In this document: positions 26,789-38,196 of the stretch, in pieces | How positions within the stretch are numbered: position 1 is the stretch's first letter | Layout: each line of letters starts with the position of its first letter | Source of the DNA: an uncultured Pelagibacteraceae bacterium | Lineage (GTDB): Bacteria; Pseudomonadota; Alphaproteobacteria; Pelagibacterales; Pelagibacteraceae | Assembly: GCA_902599625.1 (NCBI GenBank) | Contig: CACKGF010000002.1 | Location: 177,829 to 241,828, forward strand | DNA: 64,000 nucleotides | Direction: 5' to 3' | Program-made: the position numbers and the translations under genes | Notes under the pieces: generated by a model | The model's database searches: none | Seen by the model: only the letters and a program-made list of their open reading frames with translations | Told to the model about the DNA's origin: nothing

Positions 26789-27322
26789 TCAAATATTTCT
26801 TATTTGAGAAGATGAAATATTTACCTTATTAAAACTTATGTATTTTAGACCCTTTTTTTTTAATTTCTTATAAGCCACTGATTCCTTTGATCTTTTTTTG
26901 TACCCGCTTCTATCAAAAACTAAAATTTTTGCTAACTTTCCAATTTTAGACCAATTGTTCCATTTATGAAAATTTATGAGATTATCAGCTCCCATTATAA
27001 AAAAAATTTCATTACTGCGATTCTTTTTAAAAAATTTTATAAGCTTAATTGTCTTATTAGATTTAATTTTTTTTTCATAAAAACCCACAGTCACATACTT
27101 TGTTTTTTTTGTTAAACTCTTTGCAATTTGGACTCTTTTTTTAAGGCTATAAAAACTTTTACTTTTAAAAGGGTTTTTTTCAGTGATAGCCCATACAATT
27201 TTGTCTAATTTGAATAATTTTTTAGCAACTTTAGAAATTTTTAAATGCCCTTTGTGAGCAGGATCGAAAGTTCCGCCAAGAATACCTAGTCTAACTTTTT
27301 TTTTAAGATCGTATTTGGCCAT
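26789..27322 (-). CDS. nadD: nicotinate-nucleotide adenylyltransferase
   Basis: 177-aa ORF with the GGTFDPAHKGH (HxGH) motif and a C-terminal ISSSQIR motif. It overlaps the proA 3' end by 20 nt. Confidence 0.85.
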   Translation of the reverse strand: MAKYDLKKKVRLGILGGTFDPAHKGHLKISKVAKKLFKLDKIVWAITEKNPFKSKSFYSLKKRVQIAKSLTKKTKYVTVGFYEKKIKSNKTIKLIKFFKKNRSNEIFFIMGADNLINFHKWNNWSKIGKLAKILVFDRSGYKKRSKESVAYKKLKKKGLKYISFNKVNISSSQIRNI

Positions 27323-28549
27323 TTCCTATTACTTCATATTTATAAGATACAAGTTGATTTAAACCAACAGGACCTCTAGGTGGTAATTTATTAGTTGATA
27401 TACCTACTTCGCCACCAAAGCCAAGTTCAGCTCCATCTGCAAATTGAGTCGATGAATTATGAATTAATATTGAACTTTTCACATTTTCAAAAAAGTATTT
27501 TGTATTTTTTTTATTATTAGAAATAATTGCCTCAGTATGCGAGGTACCATACTTATTAATATGTTCGACGGCATCCTCTACATTGTTGACTTTTTTTACA
27601 GAAATTTTTAATGACAAGTATTCGGTCGACCAATCTTTTGATGTTGCTTTATGAATTTTTTTTGGAGAAATTTTTCTGATAGTGTCGTCAGCATATATTT
27701 CACAATTATTTTTTAATAAATCATTAATAATTAAATTGATTTTTTCGCTAGATAGTTTTCTATGAACAAGCAATGTCTCTGTAGCACCACAAATTCCAGG
27801 GTTTCTTAACTTTGCATTTAATATAATTTTACTTGCCATTTTGTGATTTACGTTTTCATCTACAAAGGTATGACATAAACCTTCGAGATGTCCTATGGTG
27901 GGTATATTTGAATATTTTTTTACCTTTTTTACTAGATTTTTGCCGCCTCTCGGAATTATTACATCAATGTAAGACTCCATTTTAGACAATAAAAAATCTA
28001 CCACTTTTCTATTTTTTTTTTCAATAAATTGAACAAAATTTACATCTACCTTATTTTTCTTAAGAGCTTTTCTGAATAAGTTTGAGATAATTTTATTAGA
28101 ATTAAAAGCTTCTGAACCTCCTTTTAATATTACACTATTTCCAGATTTAAAACATAAAGAAGAGACGTCTGAAGTTACGTTTGGTCTACTTTCATAAATA
28201 AATCCAATTACCCCAATAGGAATAGTAACTTTTTTAACCTTTAATTTGTTAGGTCGACTCCATTTAGAAACCACTCTATTAACTGGGTCTTTAAGTTTAA
28301 TTATTTCTAATACAGATTTCCTGATACTTTCAATCTTTTTATCATTAAGCTCTAATCTATTTATTAAGTTAATATCAAGTTTTTTTTGTCTAGCTATCTT
28401 CAGGTCCTTTAAATTTTCTTTTAAAATTTTGTCATTATATTTAGTTAATAGGCTCACATAATCTTTTAAAATTTTATTTTTTTTTTCTTTATTAATAATT
28501 TTTAATCCTGCCTTTACTGCGTTTATTCCAATTCTATTTAAATAATTTT

Positions 28550-28553
<4 letters not shown>
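27303..28553 (-). CDS. proA: gamma-glutamyl phosphate reductase
   Basis: 416-aa ALDH-like ORF with IYESRPNVT and the Cys context CGATETLLVH. It is translationally overlapped with proB. Confidence 0.93.
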
Positions 28554-30662
<2,109 letters not shown>

Positions 30663-30917
30663 TTAATTGGGTTTAACTGAAACGTAAGTCCTATCAGACT
30701 TTGATTTTTTGAAAATAACTTTCCCTTTTATCTCCGAAAAGATTGAATGATCTTTCCCCATACCAACATTTTGTCCAGGGAAAATTTTTGTTCCCCTTTG
30801 TCTAACAATAATATTTCCAGGCACTACAAACTGACCCCCATATTTTTTGACTCCAAGACGTCTTCCTGCACTATCTCTTCCGTTCCTTGACGATCCACCT
30901 GCTTTTTTTGTTGCCAT
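30663..30917 (-). CDS. rpmA: 50S ribosomal protein L27
   Basis: 84-aa ORF starting [24 protein letters not shown]..., a canonical L27 N-terminus. Confidence 0.97.
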   Translation of the reverse strand: MATKKAGGSSRNGRDSAGRRLGVKKYGGQFVVPGNIIVRQRGTKIFPGQNVGMGKDHSIFSEIKGKVIFKKSKSDRTYVSVKPN

Positions 30918-31321
30918 TATTTAACTTTAGTTGTTGTTTTTTTTTCCTCTTTTTTTTTGCTTACTTTAGTAATTTTCTCTGCCTCAGACAAGACCTTTCC
31001 ATCTTTTGACATAATTTTGTTTACTCTAATTAATGAAAATTGTTGTCTATGACCATTTTTTCTTCTTGAATTTTTACGTCTACGTTTTTTAAATATTAAA
31101 ACAGTTCTATTTTTTGAATTCTTTAATAATTCAGCCTCAACTTTTGCACCAGAAACAACAGGGTTACCTAACTCAATATTTTTATCATCTCCGTAAGCCA
31201 AAATCTCTTTAAATTCTATTTTACTATTTGGTTTACCTTCTGGAAATTTTTCAATTTTTAAAATTTCTCCAGCTTTGACTTTGTACTGTTTTCCACCTGT
31301 TTGTATGACTGCAAATGACAT
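30917..31321 (-). CDS. rplU: 50S ribosomal protein L21 (with Lys-rich C-terminal extension)
   Basis: The canonical L21 N-terminus [15 protein letters not shown] begins at 31321. The ORF track extends 9 codons further, to 31348, which I consider less likely. The C-terminal ~35 aa are K/E/T-rich, beyond the conserved core. Confidence 0.92.
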   Translation of the reverse strand: MSFAVIQTGGKQYKVKAGEILKIEKFPEGKPNSKIEFKEILAYGDDKNIELGNPVVSGAKVEAELLKNSKNRTVLIFKKRRRKNSRRKNGHRQQFSLIRVNKIMSKDGKVLSEAEKITKVSKKKEEKKTTTKVK

Positions 31322-31384
31322 AAAAGTATTTTTTAAATAATGCTGCAATATAGTTATAAGGTATTTATAGTCAAGCTATATTGA

Positions 31385-32104
31385 TTAAAAATTATCCTTT
31401 AAATCCCTTAATTTTGAAAATTCTTCTTGATTTTTTGCCCTTAAAAAAATGTTACAATTCAATTCATCTTTTATTGTAGATGGCACAGACGGAAAACCAC
31501 TATCTAATTTTTTTTTAATTTTTAAAATCTTTTTATTAAGTTCAGAATTATTTTGATCAAATCTTTGACAAAAAATTGCATTATTCAAAGTATATTCGTG
31601 TCCAAAGTATACTTTTGTTTCAGGAGGTAAAACTTTTAATCTTAATAATGAATTAAACATATCTTCATAGCTACCCTCAAAAATTCTTCCACACCCCAAA
31701 GAAAACAATGTATCTCCAGTAAAAACTGTTTTTTCGTGAAAAAAATGAAAGCATATATGTCCAGAAGTGTGCCCAGGCACATGAATTACTTTGAATTCAA
31801 ATATGCCATCTTTCCAAACCTGATTATCTTTTAAGGGAATATCAATCATAGGAATTCTATCTTTATCATCTTCAAAGGCTACAATTTTTGCATCAAACTT
31901 ACTTTTGAGGATATTGTTTCCACCTATATGATCACCATGATGATGAGTATTTAGAATGTATTTTAAATTTAAATTATTTTTTTTGATATACTCTAATACT
32001 GGTTTTGCTTCACCAGGATCTACCACGCAAGTATCCAGGTTTTTTTCATTGATTAGCAAATATGAAAAATTGTCAGTAAGACATTTTATTATTTCAATTT
32101 TCAC
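31385..32104 (-). CDS. gloB: hydroxyacylglutathione hydrolase (glyoxalase II, metallo-beta-lactamase fold)
   Basis: 239-aa ORF with the THHHGDH metal motif and a DNFSYLL N-terminal motif typical of GloB. Confidence 0.88.
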   Translation of the reverse strand: MKIEIIKCLTDNFSYLLINEKNLDTCVVDPGEAKPVLEYIKKNNLNLKYILNTHHHGDHIGGNNILKSKFDAKIVAFEDDKDRIPMIDIPLKDNQVWKDGIFEFKVIHVPGHTSGHICFHFFHEKTVFTGDTLFSLGCGRIFEGSYEDMFNSLLRLKVLPPETKVYFGHEYTLNNAIFCQRFDQNNSELNKKILKIKKKLDSGFPSVPSTIKDELNCNIFLRAKNQEEFSKLRDLKDNF

Positions 32105-32105
32105 T

Positions 32106-32660
32106 TTATTTCTCTAGTATAAAAATTCCTAATTCAGAAACCAAATTCTGAAATTTTAAATTTTTTAAATTAATCTTAATATTTCTTTGCTTGCAATAAT
32201 TTTCAAAATCTTTAATTGTACACATATGCAAGTTTGGAGTATTATACCATTCATTAGGTAAATTTTCTGTAACTGGCATTGTGCCCTTTAAAAGTAAATG
32301 AAGTCTTACTTTCCAGTGTCCAAAATTTGGGATTGATACAATTGCTTTTTTGCCAATCCTTAGTAACTCATTCAATACATTTTCTGGATCTAAGAAAGCT
32401 TGTAAAGTTTGACTTAGAATTACAAAATCAAAAGAACTATCTGGAAATTGCCTTAAATCTTTTTCTGCATCACCTTCAATAACAGTTAAACCTTTTTCAA
32501 CGCACTTTTGAACATTTGATTTTGACAATTCAATTCCCCTTATATCTTTACTGATATTTTCAGTTATATATTTCATTAATTCGCCATTCCCACACCCTAC
32601 ATCTAAAATCTTGGCGTTTTTTGTCACTAAGTTTGCGATATTATAAAATTCTTTTTTCAT
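32106..32660 (-). CDS. metW: methionine biosynthesis protein MetW
   Basis: 184-aa ORF with the methyltransferase-like LDVGCGNGEL and the MetW-typical SIPNFGHWKVR...NTPNLH. It starts one base into the metX stop. Confidence 0.9.
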   Translation of the reverse strand: MKKEFYNIANLVTKNAKILDVGCGNGELMKYITENISKDIRGIELSKSNVQKCVEKGLTVIEGDAEKDLRQFPDSSFDFVILSQTLQAFLDPENVLNELLRIGKKAIVSIPNFGHWKVRLHLLLKGTMPVTENLPNEWYNTPNLHMCTIKDFENYCKQRNIKINLKNLKFQNLVSELGIFILEK

Positions 32661-33778
32661 TAAATTTTCTCATAAGATTTGTTTAAAAAATTCCTCACAG
32701 TGTTGAGGAAGTCTGGAACATCAAGTAAAAAAGAGTCGTGTCCTTTATCAGATGTAATTTCAACAAATCCAACGTCTTTACCAATAGCATTAAGTGCAAT
32801 CACTATTTCTCTGTTTTCAGATGTTGGGTATAGCCAGTCCGATGTAAAAGATATGATAAAAAATCTTGTGTCACTTTTTTCAAACGCTTTTGATAAATTG
32901 CCCCCGAACTTCTTTGTTAAGTCAAAATAATCCATGGCTCGCGTAATGTATAAATAGCTATTTGCATCAAACCTATCCACAAAAACTGAGCCTTGATATC
33001 TGAGATAACTCTCTATTTGAAAGTCAGCATCAAAGCTGAATTTTAAATCATCTCTTTCTTGCAGTTTTCTGCCAAATTTTTCTTGAAGACCAGCTTTAGA
33101 TAAATAAGTTATATGTGCTGCCATTCTTGCAACAGCAAGCCCCTTATCAGGCTGTTTATTTTGCTCTTCATAAAATCCATCCTGCCAATTATTATCTGCC
33201 ATTATTGATTGCCTTCCTAGTTCATTTAGAGCAATATTTTGAGCCGAATGACTTGCTGTACATGCTATTGGAACAGCAGTGTGAGCCTTATTTGGAAAAT
33301 TAGATACAAACTGAAGGACTTGCATTCCCCCCATGGATCCACCGATCACACTAAATAATTTTTCAATTTTAAAATATTCTAAAAGGTTATATTGAGCGTT
33401 GACCATATCATTTATTGTAATTACAGGAAAATTAGTTCCGTAAGGTTTTTTTGTTTTCGGATTTATATCACTTGGTCCAAAAGAACCCATACAGCCACCA
33501 ATAACATTAGCTGCGATTACAAAGTATTTATCCGTGTCAATAGCTTTACCAGGGCCAAGGGCATAATTCCACCAACCGTCTTTCTTAGTAATTGGATTTG
33601 TTCCTGAAGCAAACTGGTCTCCGGTTAGTGCATGAAAAACTAATATAGCATTATCTTTTTTGTCATTTAATTTTCCATATGTTTCATAAGCCAAAGGAAA
33701 ATCACTGATTGTCTGACCACAATCTAGTTTCAACGGTTTTTTTACCAATAAGGTTTTTATTTTATCTTTTTCACTCAT
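32660..33778 (-). CDS. metX: homoserine O-acetyltransferase
   Basis: 372-aa alpha/beta hydrolase with the nucleophile elbow GGSMGGMQ. It has MetX-typical HALTGD and a C-terminal S.KGHDSFL. Confidence 0.93.
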   Translation of the reverse strand: MSEKDKIKTLLVKKPLKLDCGQTISDFPLAYETYGKLNDKKDNAILVFHALTGDQFASGTNPITKKDGWWNYALGPGKAIDTDKYFVIAANVIGGCMGSFGPSDINPKTKKPYGTNFPVITINDMVNAQYNLLEYFKIEKLFSVIGGSMGGMQVLQFVSNFPNKAHTAVPIACTASHSAQNIALNELGRQSIMADNNWQDGFYEEQNKQPDKGLAVARMAAHITYLSKAGLQEKFGRKLQERDDLKFSFDADFQIESYLRYQGSVFVDRFDANSYLYITRAMDYFDLTKKFGGNLSKAFEKSDTRFFIISFTSDWLYPTSENREIVIALNAIGKDVGFVEITSDKGHDSFLLDVPDFLNTVRNFLNKSYEKI

Positions 33779-33810
33779 AGTTTTTTTAGTGAATTGTGAG
33801 GAAAAAAAAA

Positions 33811-33860
33811 CTTATTTAGCGGTTTTTTTAAAGCGCTCGCAATTCAGTTAAATCAGCGCA
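33811..33860 (-). ncRNA. candidate SAM-II / SAM-V-class pseudoknot riboswitch in the metX leader
   Basis: Minus-strand RNA: UGCGCUGAUUUAACUGAAUUGCGAGCGCUUUAAAAAAACCGCUAAAUAAG. P1 is GCGCU/AGCGC, the only GC-rich patch in this spacer. Loop segments AUUUA and GCG are complementary to the 3' tail CGC-UAAAU, giving an H-type pseudoknot. The tail has an A-run plus GCUAAA, as I recall for SAM-II/V, and is followed by U9, 32 nt before the metX ATG. No covariance model was run. Confidence 0.5.
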
Positions 33861-33955
33861 AAATTCTTTTATAACATGTTACTATTTATGTCAATTATTT
33901 CCCGTATAGGGTTAATTTTATTTAAATAACCAGTATATTATTTATAAATATCATT

Positions 33956-35035
33956 ATGCAAAAATTAAATTACAGAAAAATAAATGTACAAAGCTATGTA
34001 CCAGGTAAGTCAAATATTCCTAGAAAAAAAAATATCATTAAATTATCAGCAAATGAATCTGCACTTGGTCAATCACCAAAGTCTAAAAAGATAATTTCAA
34101 GTATAAAAAAACTTGATAAATATCCAGATAGTAAAACAAGAACTTTACGGAGAGAAATTTCACAAAAATTCAAATGTAACTTTGATCAAATCATTTGTGG
34201 CTCAGGATCTGACGAAGTCATACAATTATTGTGTCAATTATTTTTACAAAAAAAAGACGAGGTCATTGTTCCTCAGTACAGTTTTTTAATGTATAGGATT
34301 TATAGCAATATAATTGGCTCAAAAGTGATTTTTTCGAAGGAGGTTGAATTTAAAGTTTCAGTTAAAGGAATTTTGGATAAAGTTTCGAACAAAACAAAAA
34401 TTGTTTTTTTAGCTAATCCGAATAATCCAACGGGGACTTATCTGTCAAAAAATGAGCTTCTTGATTTAAGAAAAAAACTAAGACAAAATATTCTTCTTGT
34501 AATTGATGATGCTTATTATGAATACATGGTTAATAAAGATTACAAATCTGGGTTGGATTTATTTAAAAATAAAAAAAATGTATTCGTTTTAAGAACATTT
34601 TCAAAAATATATGGTTTAGCTTCACTTAGGATAGGCTGGGGTTACGGATCTAAAGAGATTGTAAAAGAACTTCTTAAAATCAAACCACCATTTAATATAA
34701 ATAAAATTGCTGAAATGGCTGCTGTTGAAGCCTTAAAAGACAAGTCATTCATCTTAAAATCAGTTAAACATAACTTAAAATGGGCCTATAAGATTAAAAA
34801 AAATTTAGAAAATTATAAAATTAATACCAATAATGTTTCAGCAAATTTTCTTTTATTAGATTTTGATAATTGCAAATATTCTGCTATTAAAATAAAGAAA
34901 TCTCTTGAAAAAAAAGGAATTCTTTTAAGAAGTTTAGAAGCATATAAAATTAAAAACAAGTTAAGATTAACAATCGGAAACACAAGAGAAAATATTCTTC
35001 TTCTTAAAACTCTAGAAAAAATATTTAGAAAATGA
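33956..35035 (+). CDS. hisC: histidinol-phosphate / aromatic aminotransferase (class II PLP)
   Basis: 359-aa ORF with the PLP-Lys motif RTFSKIYGLASLRIGWGY and NPNNPTG. It overlaps tyrA by ATGA. Confidence 0.8.
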   Translation: MQKLNYRKINVQSYVPGKSNIPRKKNIIKLSANESALGQSPKSKKIISSIKKLDKYPDSKTRTLRREISQKFKCNFDQIICGSGSDEVIQLLCQLFLQKKDEVIVPQYSFLMYRIYSNIIGSKVIFSKEVEFKVSVKGILDKVSNKTKIVFLANPNNPTGTYLSKNELLDLRKKLRQNILLVIDDAYYEYMVNKDYKSGLDLFKNKKNVFVLRTFSKIYGLASLRIGWGYGSKEIVKELLKIKPPFNINKIAEMAAVEALKDKSFILKSVKHNLKWAYKIKKNLENYKINTNNVSANFLLLDFDNCKYSAIKIKKSLEKKGILLRSLEAYKIKNKLRLTIGNTRENILLLKTLEKIFRK

Positions 35036-35928
35036 TCAATAAATTATTAATTATAGGCTGTGGCTTAATAGGCTCATCAATATTAAAAAAAGTTTGTAAA
35101 AAAAGAATTGCCAAAAAAATATTTGTTTTTGAAAAATCAAAAAAAAATCAAAAAACTTTAAAGAAATTTAAACTTAAATTTGAATTAATTAAAAAAATGG
35201 ACAAAAAAATATCTGAATGTGATTTTATTGTCATCTGTGCTCCTTTAAGTGAATACAAAAAAATTTTTTTAGCATGTAATAAATATTCAAAAAAAAATAT
35301 TTTGATTACTGATGTTGGCTCTGCAAAAAAAAATACAATTACTAAAATTAATAGAATTAAAAGAAAAGATATCAAATGGATATCAAGTCATCCAATAGCA
35401 GGATCTGAAGTATCAGGACCGTTAAATGGAAATGAAAATCTATTTGTTAATAAATGGTCGGTTATAATAAAACAAAAAAAATCACAAAATAAAGAAATGA
35501 AAAAAATATTAAAATTTTGGAAATTACTTGGCTCAAAAACTGTAAATATGGACGCGGATCAACATGATAAAATATTTGCAATAACAAGTCATTTACCACA
35601 TTTAATTGCTTATAATTTAATTTTGACAGCGACTAATTTTAAAATTTCAAAGAAAGTCAATGTTCTTAGATTTAGCGCCGGAGGATTAAGGGATTTTTCA
35701 AGAATTGCTGCTTCAAATGAAATCATGTGGAGAGACATATTTTTTAATAATAAATCAAATATGCTTAAGGTTATTGATCTTTTTATAAAAAATTTAAAAA
35801 TATTTAAACAAGATATAAAATTAAATAGAAAGAATTTAGAAACAAAATTAAAAAATTTAAAAAAAGCAAGACAACAGATAGTTTTATTAAAACAAGATAC
35901 ATCAAAACCAGATTTTGGCAGAATTTAA
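35032..35928 (+). CDS. tyrA: prephenate/arogenate (cyclohexadienyl) dehydrogenase
   Basis: 298-aa ORF with the Rossmann motif IIGCGLIGSS, DVGSAK and SSHPIAG, plus the TyrA-typical HD..FA.TSHLPH. Confidence 0.8.
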   Translation: MINKLLIIGCGLIGSSILKKVCKKRIAKKIFVFEKSKKNQKTLKKFKLKFELIKKMDKKISECDFIVICAPLSEYKKIFLACNKYSKKNILITDVGSAKKNTITKINRIKRKDIKWISSHPIAGSEVSGPLNGNENLFVNKWSVIIKQKKSQNKEMKKILKFWKLLGSKTVNMDADQHDKIFAITSHLPHLIAYNLILTATNFKISKKVNVLRFSAGGLRDFSRIAASNEIMWRDIFFNNKSNMLKVIDLFIKNLKIFKQDIKLNRKNLETKLKNLKKARQQIVLLKQDTSKPDFGRI

Positions 35929-35929
35929 T

Positions 35930-37450
35930 CTAAAACTCTTTAATCAAATCTCCAATCATGTTTTTGTAATTTTTGATGGAATTAGAAACTTTTTTACTTA
36001 TTGGTTTGTTTGCCTGATCAAAACTTAATGTTCTTATAATACGTGGACTTTTGTGGTGATTCATAACGTTCTCATCCCAATCTAAATTACAAAAATTTAA
36101 AATTTGCTCAATTTGATCTTTTGGATTTTCAATCAAGGTTTCGTAGTTTAGATTGAAAATATTATTAGGAAATTCTTTTTGCCAGAATTCCATTGTTTTT
36201 AGATAAAGTTTATAAAACTTAGTGATATCTTTAAAATCATTCACAAACTGTGTTTTAATTGGAAAAAAATTTTTATAAATTGACCAACAATTATCTACTG
36301 GATCCCTTGTGCAATTTATTATTCTAGCATTAGGGAATAATTTCAAAATTAATCCTATGTTAATAAAATTTAGTAATTCTTTATCTGTAAAAATAGGGGA
36401 GGAGTTATTCAACTCTTCAATCAAAGAAAGATAATGATTTTTATAATTATTCATCATGGAAGCATCAATTTTTTCTTCACCAATTATTTTGTTAGCAATT
36501 TCTTGCATATAAGGTAACTCACCTCCACCAAACACTTTTTTATGGGAGGCTAGTATTTGCTCAACTAATGAGGAACCTGAGCGAGGCATACCTACAATAA
36601 ATATCAAACCTCTATGATCTTCAGTGGTTTTAACCTTTTTAGTTTTTTCGTAAAAATTGATAAAATTATTTATTCTTTTCTCGTCGTGGCTAAAATTATA
36701 TTTTGTTTCTTTCTTTAATAGGTCGTTTCCTATTTTTAAATATTTAAAAGCACTTTTATAATCTTTGATATCTTCGTAAGCTTTGTGAATTCCATAAAAA
36801 ACATGGATTTTCTCTAAATTATTCAAATCGTCATCATTCACCTTTTTCAACATTTCAATTAAGTGTGAATCATTCTCCACGTAATTATGTACCAAAGAGT
36901 ATTGGCGATCAGCATCAGTTAATTTTTTATTTAATTCTAATATTTTTTTACAATATTGTTTTGAATTATCTTTTTGATTTGTTATTCTATAAATCCCAAC
37001 TAAGTTGAAAAGAGAAGGAACTGCATCGCTCTGAATACGTAAAACTTTTTGATAATATTGTATCGATTCCTCAATTTTGTAAGTTTCTCTTTTTAAGTTT
37101 CCCATATTATTAAGAATGTGAAGGTGCTTGGGGTCTATTTCTAACCCTTTTTTAAAATACTTTTCAGCTTCTGAATATCTGTGTAGCATATAGAAACATG
37201 TGCCCATATTATTCAAAAAATTAGGATGATTTGGATTCAAAGCTAATGCTTCTCTCATAACATCAATCGACTTTTCAATTTTACCAGATTTCTGATAGGC
37301 AAAACTTAATAGGTTAAAAAATAATTGGTGTTTTCTCTTCTTAAGAACTTTGTTACATTCTTTGATAACTTCTGAAAAGTTTCCCTTAACAAATTTCTTG
37401 TAAAGTTTATCGTATTTTTTTTTTAACTCTTCATCAGTTGCTATATTCAT
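35930..37450 (-). CDS. TPR-repeat protein fused to a PAPS-type sulfotransferase domain
   Basis: 506-aa ORF. The N-terminal ~270 aa contain TPR-like repeats (e.g. AYQKSGKIEKSIDVMREALALNPNHP, YSEAEKYFKKGLEIDPKH). The C-terminal domain has a 5'-PSB-like GMPRSGSSLVEQIL and a 3'-PB-like CTRDPVDNCWS motif. Confidence 0.78.
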   Translation of the reverse strand: MNIATDEELKKKYDKLYKKFVKGNFSEVIKECNKVLKKRKHQLFFNLLSFAYQKSGKIEKSIDVMREALALNPNHPNFLNNMGTCFYMLHRYSEAEKYFKKGLEIDPKHLHILNNMGNLKRETYKIEESIQYYQKVLRIQSDAVPSLFNLVGIYRITNQKDNSKQYCKKILELNKKLTDADRQYSLVHNYVENDSHLIEMLKKVNDDDLNNLEKIHVFYGIHKAYEDIKDYKSAFKYLKIGNDLLKKETKYNFSHDEKRINNFINFYEKTKKVKTTEDHRGLIFIVGMPRSGSSLVEQILASHKKVFGGGELPYMQEIANKIIGEEKIDASMMNNYKNHYLSLIEELNNSSPIFTDKELLNFINIGLILKLFPNARIINCTRDPVDNCWSIYKNFFPIKTQFVNDFKDITKFYKLYLKTMEFWQKEFPNNIFNLNYETLIENPKDQIEQILNFCNLDWDENVMNHHKSPRIIRTLSFDQANKPISKKVSNSIKNYKNMIGDLIKEF

Positions 37451-38196
37451 TTTATTCCAATTACTTGTAATTTAGCAGTCTTTTCGATTAAATTAATTGT
37501 TTTTTTTATATCCATCACGACTACTTTTTTCTTTGGACCATAGGCATGTATTAATTTTTTTTTTGATAAACATACAGCGACATGACCTTTCCAAAAAATA
37601 ATAGCATTCTTTTTAATTGATTTAAATTTTTTGAAATATCTAAATTGTGGACCAGTATCTCTTGGACAATAAAGATTGTTAAATTTATAAAATAATTGAA
37701 CTAATCCTGAACAATCTATTCCATCAAATTTTTTTCCACCCCATTTATATTTTACATCTTTAAAAATAGTTATTTTATTAAATATTCTTTCTTTATAATT
37801 TATAGGAACAACATCAGATTTTTGTATCCAATAGTTATCAAAATTTAAAAAATTATTTTTGCTCGCTTTAATTTGTAATAATGAAGCAAAACTTAGTTTC
37901 ATCTTAATTTTGGAACCTTTATAAGGTTTTGAAAAAATGTTTGCCTTTAAAGAGGATACTTTATGAGTTGGTTTGTGAGTAAATTTTTCAAATTTTTTTT
38001 TTCTAATAAAACCTACATATTTATCGTAACCTGTTTTAATTTTGTACCAATTCTTATATTTTTTTAAAATTGAAAATTTTTCTCCATATAGAATTTGAGA
38101 AGATAGTTTTGAATTTTTCTTTTTATGCTCATATATATTTATGAATGAATACTTATTAATCATTTGTCTTTTACCGGTGCGATTATACCTATCCAA
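37447..38196 (-). CDS. cytoplasmic NlpC/P60 cysteine peptidase with SH3b-like N-domain (gamma-D-Glu-diamino acid endopeptidase type)
   Basis: It has the catalytic Cys context GIDCSGLVQLFY, then GHVAVCL and LIHA. An SH3b-like segment is present (GEKFSILKKYKNWYKIKT). No signal peptide is visible. The likely true start is ATG at 38163, which forms an ATGA overlap with the ampG stop. The track start at 38196 would overlap ampG by 37 nt. Confidence 0.78.
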   Translation of the reverse strand: MDRYNRTGKRQMINKYSFINIYEHKKKNSKLSSQILYGEKFSILKKYKNWYKIKTGYDKYVGFIRKKKFEKFTHKPTHKVSSLKANIFSKPYKGSKIKMKLSFASLLQIKASKNNFLNFDNYWIQKSDVVPINYKERIFNKITIFKDVKYKWGGKKFDGIDCSGLVQLFYKFNNLYCPRDTGPQFRYFKKFKSIKKNAIIFWKGHVAVCLSKKKLIHAYGPKKKVVVMDIKKTINLIEKTAKLQVIGIK

